Source: the human T2T-CHM13v2.0 reference genome, Homo sapiens. Taken from it: a DNA stretch of 64,000 nt. Positions 36,265 to 52,900 of the stretch are shown in pieces. A program made the position numbers and the translations under genes. The stretch lies in the NCBI RefSeq assembly GCF_009914755.1, contig NC_060932.1, one strand, 5' to 3'. How positions within the stretch are numbered: position 1 is the stretch's first letter; every line of letters starts with the position of its first letter. The notes beneath the pieces are model-generated. The model was not told the DNA's origin. It worked only from the letters and a program-made list of their open reading frames with translations, and made no database searches.

Positions 36265-37868
36265 AGATAAACTCAGAAAACATAGGGGTAAATCCCAATG
36301 ACCTTGAATTTGATCATGGATTCTCAGGTATGACACTAAAAGCATAAGCAATCAAAGAAAAAACAGATAAATTGGTCTCCATCAAAAGTTTAAACTATTT
36401 TTACATCAAAGGACACTGCAAAGAAAGTAAAAACTTACACAATGGGAAACATTTGCAAATACATCTGATAAGGGTCCAGTATCCAGAATACATAATTCTT
36501 AATCCAGTCTCTCATTGTTGGACATTTGGGTTGGTTCCAAGTCTTTGCTATTGTGAATAATGCCACAATAAACATACGTGTGCATGTGTCTTTATAGCAG
36601 CGATAGACTGGATTAAGAAAATGTGGCACATATACACCATGGAATACTATGCAGCCATAAAAAATGATGAGTTCATGTCCTTTGTAGCGATATGGATGAA
36701 ATTGGAAATCATCATTCTCAGTAAACTATCGCAAGAACAAAAAACCAAACACCGCATATTCTCACTCTTAGGTGAGAATTGAACAATGAGATCACATGGA
36801 CACAAGAAGGGGAACATCACACTCTAGGGACTGTTGTGGGGTGGGGGGAGGGGGGAGGGATAGCATTGGGAGATATACCTAATGCTAGATGACGAGTTAG
36901 TGGGTGCAGCGCACCAGCATGGCACATGTATACATATGTAACTAACCTGCACAATGTGCACATGTACCCTAAAACTTAAAGTATAATAATAAAGAAAAAA
37001 GAATTGTTACAACTCAACAAGAAACAGTCAAACAACTCAATTTAAAAATTGGCAAAAAACTTGAATGGACATTTCTCCAAAGAAGATATACAAACAGCTA
37101 AAAAGCACATGAATAGATACTCAGCAACATTAGCTACCAGGAAAACGCAAAGTAAAACAATAATTACCACTTCACCACCCACTAAGATGGTTAGCTATAA
37201 TTTTTTAAAGAAAAGAAGTTGGAAGCCTTGTACATTGCTCATAAGATGTAAGATGGTGCAGCTGCCGTGGAAAATAATCTGACAGTTCCTCCAAATATTT
37301 TGGCAGGCAAACAATATAATTATATATGACCCAGTAATTCCACTCCTAGGTATGTTTTCCAAAGAATTTAAAAAAGATACTCAAGCAAATAAAGCAAATA
37401 CTATACACAAATGGCCATTCACAATACCTGAAAGGGGGAAACAATCCAAATCCCATCAATGGATGAATGGATGAACAAATGTGGTATATCCGTAACACGG
37501 AGTATTATTCAGCCATAAAAAATGAAGTACTGATACATGCGACAACATAGCTGAACCTAGAAAACATTATGCTAAGTCAAAGAAGACATACACAAAAGGT
37601 CAAACATTGTATGATTTTATTTATATGAAATATACAGAATCAATAAATCTATATAGACAGAAAGCAGATCAGTAATTGCCAGGGGCTGGAAGGAGGAGGG
37701 ATTGAAGAGTGACTGCTTAATGGATATTGAATTTCCTCTCAGGGTGATGAAACTAAGATGTAGGTAGAGGTGATGGTTGCACAACATTGTAAATGTACTA
37801 AATGCTACAGAATTGTACACTTTAAAATGGTTAATTTTATATGTGAATTTCACATCAATTAAAAAATG
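36265..37868 (+). mobile_element. Older L1 (L1MB-like) 3' portion nested in the ERVL, itself interrupted by a young L1
   Basis: ORF2-like LNGHFSKEDIQTAKKHMNR; 3'UTR GGTGATGGTTGCACAACATTGTAAATGTACTAAATGC. Confidence 0.85.
36496..37000 (+). mobile_element. Short young L1 (L1PA2-like) with a 5' inversion (36496-36601 inverted, 36602-37000 sense)
   Basis: Reverse-complement L1 segment joined to a sense 3' end carrying GAGATCAC, GCTAGATGACGAGTTAGTG and an A tail. Confidence 0.93.
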
Positions 37869-38346
37869 CTCCAAAAAACAAGGGGAGGTGATGATTAAGC
37901 TCCACTTATTTTTAAGATATTTTCCTCACCACTTTCTTCAAAACCACCCCTGGATATGACTCTAATGGAGCTATCATGCATTTTCAGCTTGTACCCACAT
38001 AAGGAAACCCCCATAAAAGGCAAAGGTGTGGGCTAGAGGGAAAGGTGATGGCTGACAAGCAAGTCTGAGCTAACTGCTCATGCAACTTACTCATGCCTTC
38101 CACCCTAAAGTAATGTCTCCACTTATAATAAACTACTGTGCTCACCCAAATTTATGACTTGATTGTAGCCCAACAAAACCTAGCTCAATTGAGCAGCTCT
38201 GGGTGGCTGGTCACTTGGTATCCCATGGTCCAGTGTTCTGTCTCTACCAGGGCCCAATGGCATGTAGAAGCTATTCCTAATAGGCATTTAATTCTCCACT
38301 TCAAATGGGATGACCTTGCTGCAGAACCAACAATTTAGGGCCTAAA

Positions 38347-38710
38347 TTGTGATTCTATTTTTACACACACCTCCACCTGAATTCATATGTTGAAGCCCTA
38401 ATTTCCACCGTAATTGTATTTGGAGACAGGATCTTCAGAAGACAAAGATAAATTATTTTATAAAGGTTGGGCCCTAATCCATAGGACTGGTGGACCCATT
38501 ATAAAAGCAACTCTCTCTGACTCTGTCATGTGAGGGCAGAGCAAGAGGATGGCCATCTGCAAGCCAGGAAGAGGTCCTAATAGGAATTGACTCTGCCAGA
38601 AATAGATTTGGGACTTCTAGCCTCCAGAACTGTGAGGAAATAAATTTCTGTTATTTAAGCCACCCAGTTCTGTGGCATTTTCTTATGGTAAAGTGAAGTC
38701 ACCAAGACAA
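38347..38710 (+). mobile_element. MLT1A-like MaLR solo LTR
   Basis: GAATTCATATGTTGAAGCCCTAA, GCCATCTGCAAGCCAGGAAGAG, CCTCCAGAACTGTGAG, ends AAGACA. Confidence 0.8.
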
Positions 38711-40603
38711 GCTGCTGTGTCACAGCCTGGATCTGCTGCACAGCTCTTTCCTGTTCCAGACACCACTCAAAGATGATTCCCTTTTATGTCAAACCATGTA
38801 TGAACCAAAGGGACATTCCTATGAAACATATTACCTTAGAAAACCCAGTGAGACCTGCAAACCATGGTACTTCCATTGTGGAATTAAGAAAGCAAAATGC
38901 AACCATTTACCTTTTTCTTTGGAGCGGAGGTCCCAATATGCCCCTGACAAGTAGATGCCTAAAATTTTTACAGAAAGAGCAGGTGCTTGAATCTTCAGAG
39001 GGTTCATCTCATGCCCTCTGGAATGCACATTTTACCAAGCTCTTCATTCTGCCCTTGCTCATCCTGATGTTATTGATGTAATGAACCAATATCATGTTTT
39101 ACAGTTATATCCAGGTGGTCTTCAGATTATGACATACAACAGGAGAATTATGCCAGTCCCAGTACAAATCTGTCAACGTCAGATGTGGCCAATATGATGA
39201 TTCAGGCCTTTGTAAGTACAGAGGAAACAATACTTGAAAGTACAGAGGGAACAATACGTTTAGTGCTGTTTGATCCATGTAGTAAACTGTTTCTGATGCT
39301 CTTTTCTGACTAAGATAGAACAAATTCCTTCACCATACCACAATATGATATTATGTACTTTTCCAATGTGGGATAACTAAGTTGCCCCGACTTAGTCTTC
39401 TTTGTTTTTTATTTTAAATTTAATAGTTATACTTTCAATCTGAATTAGGGAATTATAACATACCTCATATCTGGCATCAGAGCTGTAGTCAAGATCACCA
39501 GTTGGTTGAGCTTGTGGTATTCTATCTATGGTCAATCTCCAGGATGCTTCTGATTCCTGCAAGGGCCATACTGTTGAATTAAACAGAGATATATTAAAGA
39601 CAAACTTCCCTGCATCATTAATATCCTTAGTGATGGCACTATTCTCTGTCAACCCCCTTCCCATGAAATGTAATTTTTTTTTTATTTAGTACATTGGCTG
39701 AGGGGCTGCACAGTTTCAGAAACTTTTACTTGGGCTTCCCCAATATGATAGTTCTTAATATACAGACTAGAAATTCAATACAAGGTTTACACCAATTGCC
39801 AAGTATGGTAAAACCAATTATACATTTAGGGACCAGGGAGATGACAAAGCTTAGTTTACAAACTCAGTAAGTTTATCATAAGATGGACTTTGACCAGGGT
39901 TCTATTTATTAACTTTCTACCCAATCTAACAGTGAAATGATATTGATGTTTTGGGCCTTCATATATGAATGTCAACTCAGTCCCTGTGTCCAAAAGCTTC
40001 AAAATGTCTTATAATTCCCCTTGACCCAATATCAATCACTTGAATAAGTTGTCATACATCTCTTTGGGGGAAAGACCAAGGGAATCATCATAGTATGCAA
40101 TTGCTCTAGGGTTGCAGGGTTTTTTCTGGCAAACCATCCACCTCGTCAGTCAATAGTTTCCTGGTCTTCCAACTGCTTCAGATTTGTGAACGGACCAAGA
40201 AAATGTGATCCCTTGCCAAAAGCTTCCTGCTCATCTATTCTTGCCTCTTTTATTGTGTGTAATAAGCAGTACCTCATTCACTGTCCATTTGTTCTTGCCC
40301 CTAAGAATGCCATGTTCTAGTAAACATCTGCATAAATCCCTGTGGGTCAAGGCTCTATGACTACCTCTCCTAGAATGTGCAGCCCCCTGGATGTGGGTGG
40401 TTAAGGTTTACCATCTAGACTCTTATCTTGGGGTCTTATCTTCATTATTGATGAGGCAGGCTCTGTTAATACCTTTTATACCATCATTCCTGGTCTTTGT
40501 AGGGGATCCATCACTGATATTAGGATGATCTTGATTCCTCTCACCAGAGCCTTCCTGAGAGCATTGGTAAATTATGTGTCCTCTATGACTTCCTATAAAA
40601 TAA

Positions 40604-43830
<3,227 letters not shown>

Positions 43831-45282
43831 ATATATTATCCCAACATGCCAACTTTGCTGAGTTTTCCAATCCCTTCTTGCACTGTATTCTTTTCTAATT
43901 CAGTTACCTCAACTGCTGGGATTAAAGAATTCTTTCTTATCTAGTCCTATGTTCCGCTTTGCTTGATCAAGCATCCTTAAAATCCAATCTCATTGGTACT
44001 CCTCTGGCTCCTACTAATACATGCTAGTTAACTTTTGCAACTGCTTTGGGTATAATCTCCTTATACTTTAACATATCCTGCATGAATTCAGCTGGGATAT
44101 CTGAGGATTAACTGTAGTTATCAGCCTGGCAGCCAGGAGAACGGTGAGGACATATCCTAAAGAGAGCCTTCTGCTGACTCCTGAGGGATAGGCCACTATG
44201 TGGGGAAAGTGCTAGCAATTAATAGGGAGAGATTAAAGGAGGGAGCAGCGGCACCTCTGCAGCTCTAAATGTTTAGGGGATTCTAGAGAGCCTCAATATT
44301 TGAGAGTATTCATTCAAATGTCCCATCTCATGTTTTCCTAGGCTTTCCCTACTAGGGTGCTGAATTTAGCATTACATATTTGCCTTGGCAGAGCATTCTA
44401 CTATCTTTGAAGTTCAATAAACCTGTCAGATCTTGAGTGGGCTCTTTAGCTGTGTTGCTCTTTGACTGCAAAAGACTGGTCCTTTTTATAAACTACAGAA
44501 TAAGCCCCTTGGCTGTTATATTTAGCTTTCACTATTTGTTAAGGACCTCCATTGCTCATTATCCTTCTGTAGGGCATCAGTATAGCCAATCGTTAGATTT
44601 TGTTGTTTATTTGTAATTTAATGTGTCGTTCCCTCCGTACTTTCAAAGGCCTGAATCATCACATTGGCCAGAGTGTTCACCTCCATGTTGACATTCCCCT
44701 GTAGAGTGGAATTAGGATGATGATATTTACCATTAAAGTATTTGTGCTTTTTATTTTATCAGTTCCACTGACTGTAACTATAAAACTTAACATAAATGTA
44801 TAAATGTGCTTGCCATTAACCCAAAAGAATACTATTTTATTCTACATAGAGTATCATTGCAAAATTTACTAAGGTTCCATAATATTTTTTTAGTCCAAAG
44901 GGATTTGAGTAGATTTGGTTTCCAAATTTAGAAAAAAGAATCCAAATGACTTGCTAAAACAAACTCGAGGAATAATGTAAGAGATTCCCACAAACTACTA
45001 TGAGTCTCCTTCAGATAAGTGCACACTATCTGGAACCATTCGGTCCTAAATTTACCTGTGGTATTTGTTCATGTTTTAATAACACTCTTGTCTGGATAAA
45101 AGTCCTCCTCCTTTCCTTCCGTTTTTTTTAATCTCTTCCACTTTTGAATCTGTTGGTCATTTCAGGTAAATCAAACATGGATATTTAAATTGTTAAACTA
45201 TGTCATGTGGGGTAATTTGGGGGAGTGCAAATTAATATTGAGCATACTTGCTCATTTTAAAAAAGCTGAGTACTTTCGTCAT

Positions 45283-45695
45283 TGTGTTAATCCATTTTGC
45301 ATTGCTCTAAAGAAATATCTGGCTAATTTATAAAGAAAAGAGGTTTATTTGGCTCACAGTTCTGCAGACTGTACAAGAAGCATGGTGCCAGCATCTACTT
45401 CTGGTGAGGGCCTCAGGAGGCTTACAATCATGGTGGAAGGCAAATGGCCAGCAGATGTATCACAAGATGAGAGGGGGAGGAGAGAGAGAGAGAGAAGGTG
45501 CCAATCTCTTTAAACAACCAGCTGTAATAGTGACTAATAGAGTGAGAACTCACTCACCACCGAGGGGATGGCACCAAGCCATTCATGAGGGATCCACCCC
45601 CATGACCTAAACACCTCCCACTAGGCCCCACCTCTAACAGTGGGGATCAGATTTCAATATGAGATTTGGAGGGGACACACATCCAAACCATATCA
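45283..45695 (-). mobile_element. MSTB-like MaLR solo LTR
   Basis: TG...CA termini with a perfect 5-bp TSD GTCAT (45278-45282 / 45696-45700). Confidence 0.9.
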
Positions 45696-45769
45696 GTCAT
45701 TTGCACTATATATTTTTTCTCATTTGGGTACAATGGAACAAGTGGGAGACTGTTATTTAAGAGATCTTT

Positions 45770-46625
45770 CACTCATCCACTTCATTCAGCAAATATTTAT
45801 TGAACTCCTATGTGTGCTATGTGTTCTATATGCTCCAGAGGCAGACAGTGAAGAAAATTATGTCCCTGTCTTCATAGGGCTTCCATTTTGGTGTAAGGAG
45901 AGAGGCAAGACAAAATTGCAAAGTACATACATGAAGTATTACATACTCATGAGTGCTAATGAAAAAAGCAAAGTAAGGTAAAGATTGTGGACGTGCCAGG
46001 GAAGGGGGAGTTGCAATTTTAAATAAGCTAGAAAAGGAAAGCCTAACTTGGAAGCAAGGAACTGAATTCTGAAGTTGAGGGAGGGAGTCATGTAGGTATC
46101 TAGGAAAAGGAAGAACCCTTTAGAAGGACTGACTTGAGAGCATGGTAATGTGATCAAGTTTAGCAAAGAAGGTAGTGTATCTGGAAAGAAGTGAGTAGGA
46201 GAAGGAGTGGTGTGAGATGAGGCAGGAAGCTATGCTGTTGGATGCAGCTCACATAAAACGTTGACATCAGATGATAGGACCCTACATTTTTCTGAGAGAT
46301 ACGGGGAGCCATTTCAGAGTTTTGAGCAAAGGTGTGGTATAATCTGACATGTTTTAACAGGACAGTGCTGGCTGCTGGGTTGACAGTAGATGGTAGGAGA
46401 ACAAAAGGAGGAACAGGGACCCTCATGAAGCGGCTACTGAAATAGACCAGGTGAGAGATGATGATGGGTGAGACCTCAGTGTCAGCAGTGGAGGTGGTGG
46501 TAAGTGCTTAGAGTGTAGATATGTTGTGAAGGTAAAGCTAATTGAATGCACTGATAGATTGAGTATGGAGTGTGAGCAAAAGAGAAAACAAGATATTAAG
46601 ACCAAGGATGAAGTTACCATTTACT
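45770..46625. mobile_element. L2 LINE fragment (approximate boundaries)
   Basis: CATTCAGCAAATATTTATTGA L2 end, followed by purine-rich L2-like body. Confidence 0.65.
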
Positions 46626-46649
46626 GCTTTACAAGAGACTATGGCAGGA

Positions 46650-47085
46650 GGTGTGTGCAGGCAAAGGTGACCCCATCTTGGATACTAATCCACCATATTG
46701 ACATTTGAGTTGCCCCAGTTCTGGAAATGGCTCCTGATTCCTACTTTTTTTACTGTCCATATTATTCTCCATAAATTCTATTCTAGATCAAAACCAACTT
46801 GATGTTATCACACAAACTATAGGCTATGATTCACATAGCATTCTTGCCTCTTCTGGAAGGTTGTCTTTAAGTGTCTCTTGAGCATGTACGCCCTTTCTCT
46901 ATAGTACACAAGCCCTAGGTCTGGGGAGTCATGATGTGGAGATCTACCTGTCTTACCACTGTCCAAGAGTACACCTCTGTTCATAACATTCCCAGTAAAT
47001 CATCCTCTACTGACAAACTGGATTTGTCTGCCTTGTTCTTTGATTCCTCAGCTCCTTCTGCACTTGGGGGTCACTTGGCACATAA
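46650..47085 (+). mobile_element. ERV LTR (LTR47-like)
   Basis: CCATCTTGGATACTAATCCACCAT, GTGGAGATCTACCTGTCTT and GACAAACTGGATTTGTCTGCC motifs. Confidence 0.6.
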
Positions 47086-47127
47086 AGAACATGGTTTGGA
47101 AGAGAATTGGGCATTAAGTTTTGAACA

Positions 47128-47566
47128 TTGCATTTGTTTTTTTAGGGTTGCCTTAACAGAACACCGCAATCTCGTACCTTATGACAACAGAAATATACTT
47201 TCTCACAGTTCTGGAGGGTAGAAGTCTAAAATCAAGGTGTCAACAGGATCTTGCTCCCTCTGAGACTCTTATAGAACCCTCTCTCACCTCTTAGCTTCTG
47301 GAGTGGCCTGCAATGCTTGGCATTTCTTGGCTTGCAGCTGCATCACTCCAATCTCTGCCTCAATTGTCACCTGGCACTCTCTCTGCATGTCTCTGTCTCT
47401 TCTTCTTATGTAGACACCAGTCAAATTGGATTAGGGCTCATCCTAATGACTGCATTTTAACTTAATTGCATCTGCAAAGATTCTATTTACAAATAAGGTC
47501 ATTCCTGTGTCCCATGAGTTTGGACTTCCATATACCTTTCTGGGGGACACAATTCAAACTGTAACA
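47128..47566 (-). mobile_element. MLT1C-like MaLR LTR
   Basis: ACAACAGAAAT...CTCACAGTTCTGGAGG; ends GGGGACACAATTCAAACTGTAACA. Confidence 0.8.
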
Positions 47567-49699
47567 AACATGTCAAGTTTGTTTGTAAGTTTGAGATTCC
47601 TTACACATCCATGTTGAGAAGGTAGTTGGATATACAAGTCTGGAGTTCAGATGGAAGATCCAAGTTTAGGGCTGTCAACTCTGGCACCCACTTATTTACT
47701 GGATAAGCCTGGGAAAACTACAAAGCAATCATAATATCCTTCTTCTCTAAGATGGGAAAATACAATACCCACTTGGAAGGGGCCATTGCGAGAGTTTAAT
47801 GGGACAATGAATGTGAAAGACCCCCATGAAGTTTCAAGAACGATATGAGTCAAAGCTCCTCATATTGTCTATTGCTCTAAATTCAGCAATCATATATTTG
47901 GCACAAATGTTTTTGGAATATAATATGCTTTAGTATACCACCAGTTTGTATTTAAAGCTAAATGTCAGCTTGCTTTGGGGCAGCTGATGTATACAAATAA
48001 TGATAAATTACACACTGGTGAGAATTTTTTAAAAAAAGAAAAGAGTTCTAGGTTGGTGGTTGACCAGAGAGCTTTTAGACTCTTTAACATTTCATTAAAG
48101 CAATATCCAAAGCTTACCACACCACTAAAGTGAAATCACCAGAGAACTTCTCAAGTGGAAGTTCAGTTCTGCATGATTCTTAGAGAAAGTAAGGGAATCC
48201 TTTCAATTGTTCAAAATATACATTGAGAATATATTTTGGGCTAGGCATTGTACAAGAGATGGGACCATAATGGTGAATAAGACCCAACAACTGTCCCTAA
48301 GGAGAGAGACTTACAGATAAACATACAATTAACATAGAGCAAGTTAATTTTAGATATAAACATAAGATGCTATTGGAAGCACAGGGAAAGGCTAATTAAC
48401 TAGGTCTTGGAGCAAGGAATGACATGTATGAGATCTGATGGATAAATTAGAGTCATTCAAGAAAATAAGGAAAGGGCATTCCAGGCAGAATGACTCAGAA
48501 AGGCTCAAAAGAAAAAGAGATGATGGGTTCAGGAAGGAAAGTAGTTCGATGCAGCTGTAGCGTGGAGGGTCAGATGGTGATGGATGTAGGGATGACTCTA
48601 CAGTTGTTAGCAAGAGCCCATTATGAAGACCCTTCTGTGTCACGCTGAGGAGTATGTGCTTTGTCCTATGAGACTTGAGGCCACTTTAAACCAAATTGCA
48701 CCTGCTCAACTATTTCTCATTATTTCTTTACGTACATACTATTTTTTTTTAACTTAAGGACTATGAATGCTGAAGTTTTCCCAACTGCCCTGGAAGAGTT
48801 TGTCCAACGGTCTTGGCTATATCACTGTAGTCTGAGAATTCTAATGCTTTGTTTCAGAAGCATATAGCAGTTTATTCACAGACACTTAGAGGTAGCAGGT
48901 CCTATTTTTAAGTTTACCTTCCTTTCTCTGTGCCAATTTACTCTCATAATCCACTAATCTGCTGCCAGGTATTCTGTGACCTGGTATTCTAATCTGGCAA
49001 CATTCTAGTTCACAACTATCTCTTTATTTCTGAAATAAAGAATGGTCAGAAATTCCTATTCCTTTTCCATTTTTGCTAACAGATTTAAGAGAAAAGGTGC
49101 GTATCTGATATAGTATAATTATGTGCCCAGTCTTCTTGAGTCGGAACCGCTGGAATGATGCTAAATGGAAGGCAAGCGCCTGTTGGAGCTCCGTAGTGAG
49201 TGGAGTACTCAAGGGGTACTTACCATTGCCTGGCCATTGTGAATTTGTGTTTTCCCTACCATCTGAATAGTGAAGTGTTTCTTCCTGTCCATCATTGGAT
49301 AAAAGGAATAGCTATATAATCCCTTTCAGAAAATTTCCCATTAACCTATAAAAATTCAAGTCACTTCTGACATTTTGAGCTATTCATTGGATACTTGGCC
49401 TGAAGATATTTTAAAGGAAGAATTTCTTCTACTTCAAAACAGCAACAGAAAAAAAAAATCTCCATTTGTGTGTTGTGTGGGTCACAGTTAGGTAAGAAGG
49501 TATATACAGTAGATCTCAGGAGAGGAACAAAGATCTATAGAGTGTTTTGAGGTCAATGTAATTCTACTAGACACATCGAATCTCTATTAGACATTAGATA
49601 TGTTGGTGGCAAGGAACGTTTTTATGGTTCCTCTGCTAAATGGAGGTTTTAACAAGTTACTGATCCTACCCCTCTTTTGACTATAGAATAACATAAGCA

Positions 49700-49940
49700 C
49701 CTATCATTTACTGAGCATTTATTCTGTGTTAGTTGCTTATCTAAGAATTTTAAATGTATCACATTTAATCTTCACAATAATCTAACACATGCTTTCATGA
49801 TCACCATTTTACAGATGTGGAAACTGAAGACACAGAGATTAAGGGATTTATGGAAGGTGACACAGAGATTAAGGGACTTATGGAAGGTAACACAGCTTGG
49901 AGCACAGATGCATTTCAAACCCAGGAAGTCTGGTCCAAAA
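49700..49940. mobile_element. MIR with an internal 30-bp tandem duplication (49829-49888)
   Basis: CATTTTACAGATGTGGAAACTGA core; GACACAGAGATTAAGGGA(T/C)TTATGGAAGGT x2. Confidence 0.8.
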
Positions 49941-52900
49941 GGCCGGGAAATATCCAAAGCATTTTTAAACATCAGAATTCTGAACCAGACGCAAGGAGTT
50001 GAGTAGATACATATATTTTAGGTTTTATCACAGCCATGAATTTAGTAGATGAATGCTGGAGAAATTCTGGAGTGTTTTACAAGAAAAAACAGAACATTTT
50101 CCATGGATTTCCAGCTACCTCTGTTTTTGCACTTCAGCCCGATATCAGTCTCTTTATCTGCCACTGAGGCACCCCAAAGGGCACCAGGCTACAAAATACA
50201 TAAATGAATTAAAACAAATGCAACATTGATGCCCCCCAGCTTCCACTGGGTTCTGACCTACAGTTTATGAGGCTGAAACCAAACCCATCCAGAACTTGCA
50301 TGAGATCTGGCCACTCATAATAGATAACTGTGGGACAACCCTACTGACCAAATGGTCCTAAAGTAAGACTTTAGTCCAACATTGGGGTGCTTTTTCATGG
50401 AATCTGTTAAGATTTATGTTGGCACTGCAGAGTCACATCTGAGAATTCTTCTGCACCATTGTTTTCCTCTTTTGATCACTAGGTAATTTCCATTTCTATT
50501 AAATTCAGATTCATCAAAGAGCATGCAATGAATTGTTAAAAAGCAATGTTCCTAACTGCTCTTCTTGCTATTCTTACATCCAACCAGGAGAGGGCAGTCA
50601 GAGTACATTTTAGAGCCCACAGGCAGCTGCTGATGGTGGGAAACTTCGAAAAGATTTTCCATTTTAATATGAGGTACCCTTGAGTCCCTTCTCCTCAGGG
50701 TAACGTGAAAACCCAAATTTTAAAGCCATATATAACATGCTGTTCTAAATAATAGCAGAGAGCTATGGCCCCTTTTAAGGCACCAGCCAAAGCTTAATCA
50801 TTAAAAGCACAGATGGCAATAAATGTAATCAGAATTAAATTAAAAGCACAGATCAATATAATCAGAATGCAAGTTTCCATGAAGCAGGGGGTTGAGGGTG
50901 GATCAGACTGAAAACATCAGTGTCTTTCGTGTCCTTGAGACACTCACTGTGTTATAATTAAAAGTTATTTTTCAACATCTTGCCATATATTTCTGTTAAT
51001 CAAAATACAATTTCGGAACATGTAAACTGGGCTCCATTTGCAAAACTTGGCTTCTTCTACTGAGGTTGGGCATAGCTCTTTCACTTTTCACTAAAAAACC
51101 TTAGCAGTGATTGAGTTATTAATAACAACATGGGCTTAAGGCCATCAGACATTCCGTGCAAGGAGCAAAAGTAAAAGAAAGAAGGCTACATCTTATAGTA
51201 AACTTTCTATTTTTGTCTTCGCCTTCTTGATTGAAGTCACAGTTTTTCTCACAACCAGCTTTATCAGGTGGTTCTTTAAAAGGAACACAGGGTTTAGAGC
51301 CAGGTATAACTTGTTTTATAGTTTGGCTCAGTGAAAAGATTTGGGGCAAGTCTTATAATTTCTGGGTCAATTTTTCCCCCAGCAAAATGATCATTGCTCT
51401 GATCTTACTGAGAAGTAAGAATTGAAGCAGGAGATGCTGCTGCTGTTTTTGTCATTATTTTGACCAAACTAGCCGGATACTAACCAGTGACTTCCCTCCA
51501 AAGAGTAGCTAAGCCTTTACCTTCTTTGTTCTGGTAATACAAATATAAGTCCAATAATTCTGACTTTTACCTAACATGCCAGTTTTCAATATTAAAAGGT
51601 AAAAATTCAACTTTGGGGGTTTTTGACCCCCCAGATAGTCCTATTTCTCAAATTTCTTTCTTTATATAAAATCTTCTTATACATACTTTCCTTCTCTTTA
51701 GGAATGTGAATACCATAAATAATGAAAAACAATAGCAAAAAAAAAAATCTTCTCATTACTAGTTGCAGTTGATTCTAAGTATGTGTAGCAGTTACCTCTT
51801 AGGAACCGAATTAGGTTTTTTTAAAAAAAATAATATTTTCAGCAAATACCATAAATGTACCAAAAGTTATTCTTAGGTTATTTGCATATTGTCTTGCATT
51901 TTATACGTGTAAATTTAATGCAGAAATAAAATTATCAGTTTTAACAAAACACTTTCACAAACATGATTTGTTATTTTACAACAGTCTTCTAAGGAAACAG
52001 ATATTACTTTATTCATATTCTACCAAGAAATAAACTGATGCTAAAGGATCACACCGTTAGTTCTACACAGATCTCAGAAGCCAGGTTTTCGGACTCCTAG
52101 TCCAGTACTCTTTATACAGTAATCATTTTTACAACCCAATTTCCAGAAATTTAAATCAGGGTGCATTTATAAGGAATCAACAAGTATACCAGCCTCCATC
52201 CATGTTCTTAGCAGGTACACCAGTGGCTGGGTGTGACATCCTCTGACCACCCTTAATACTACAAAGCATAGTTTTATAATACACCATCCCGCCCCAGAGG
52301 TAACCAAAGATTTTTGCAATTTCTTATGTCAAAGGTGTAATGGAGCTAGCCCATGAGGGGACTCTCTAGCAGCTAAAAAGGCAGATTGTTTGATCTTCAG
52401 GATAATAACACCTTTGAGGGGATGCTTAACTGTTGGTAGTCAAAGTGAAACCTAGCAAGACTAAGGACTAGAAAAGCATGCCATCATTTGGATAAGAACT
52501 GGAATAATTTATTGCAAAGAACTTGGTTATAGCCATTTATTTATTTTTTCAGTAGGAATGATTGGCATCTGTGTGTTGTTAGTAAACTCTTTATTCTCAG
52601 AGAATCCTAAACAATAATGATATTGGAATACTGCACAGGCACTGCTAATTAACAAGGAATTTCTAATGGGAGTGCCAGAAAGGGGTAAAATGTATTTTTA
52701 ACAGTGTGTCACAATAATATCAAGGGCTGACTATGTCAGGACTGTGTGATCAGGGCTTTTTATATATTGTTTTATTCAGTCTTCATGACAAGCCTATGAG
52801 ACAGGGACGGTCATTATTAAACCAGTACAGATAAGAAAGCGAAGGCTCAAGGAGGTGCTCTTTGCATGAGCCAAAGACTTTCACATGGAGATAATGAGAG

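Noticed and set aside
49829-49888. 30-bp direct repeats, and other short tandem duplications (12516, ~18603, 28957, ~39214), as a CRISPR-like or functional array
   Set aside because: Only 2-3 adjacent copies with no spacers, mostly inside old repeats; ordinary slippage duplications in a primate genome.
50400-52700. Repeat-poor intergenic block as a hidden gene
   Set aside because: No convincing ORF, exon chain or CpG island. It may hold regulatory elements, but this cannot be supported from sequence alone.
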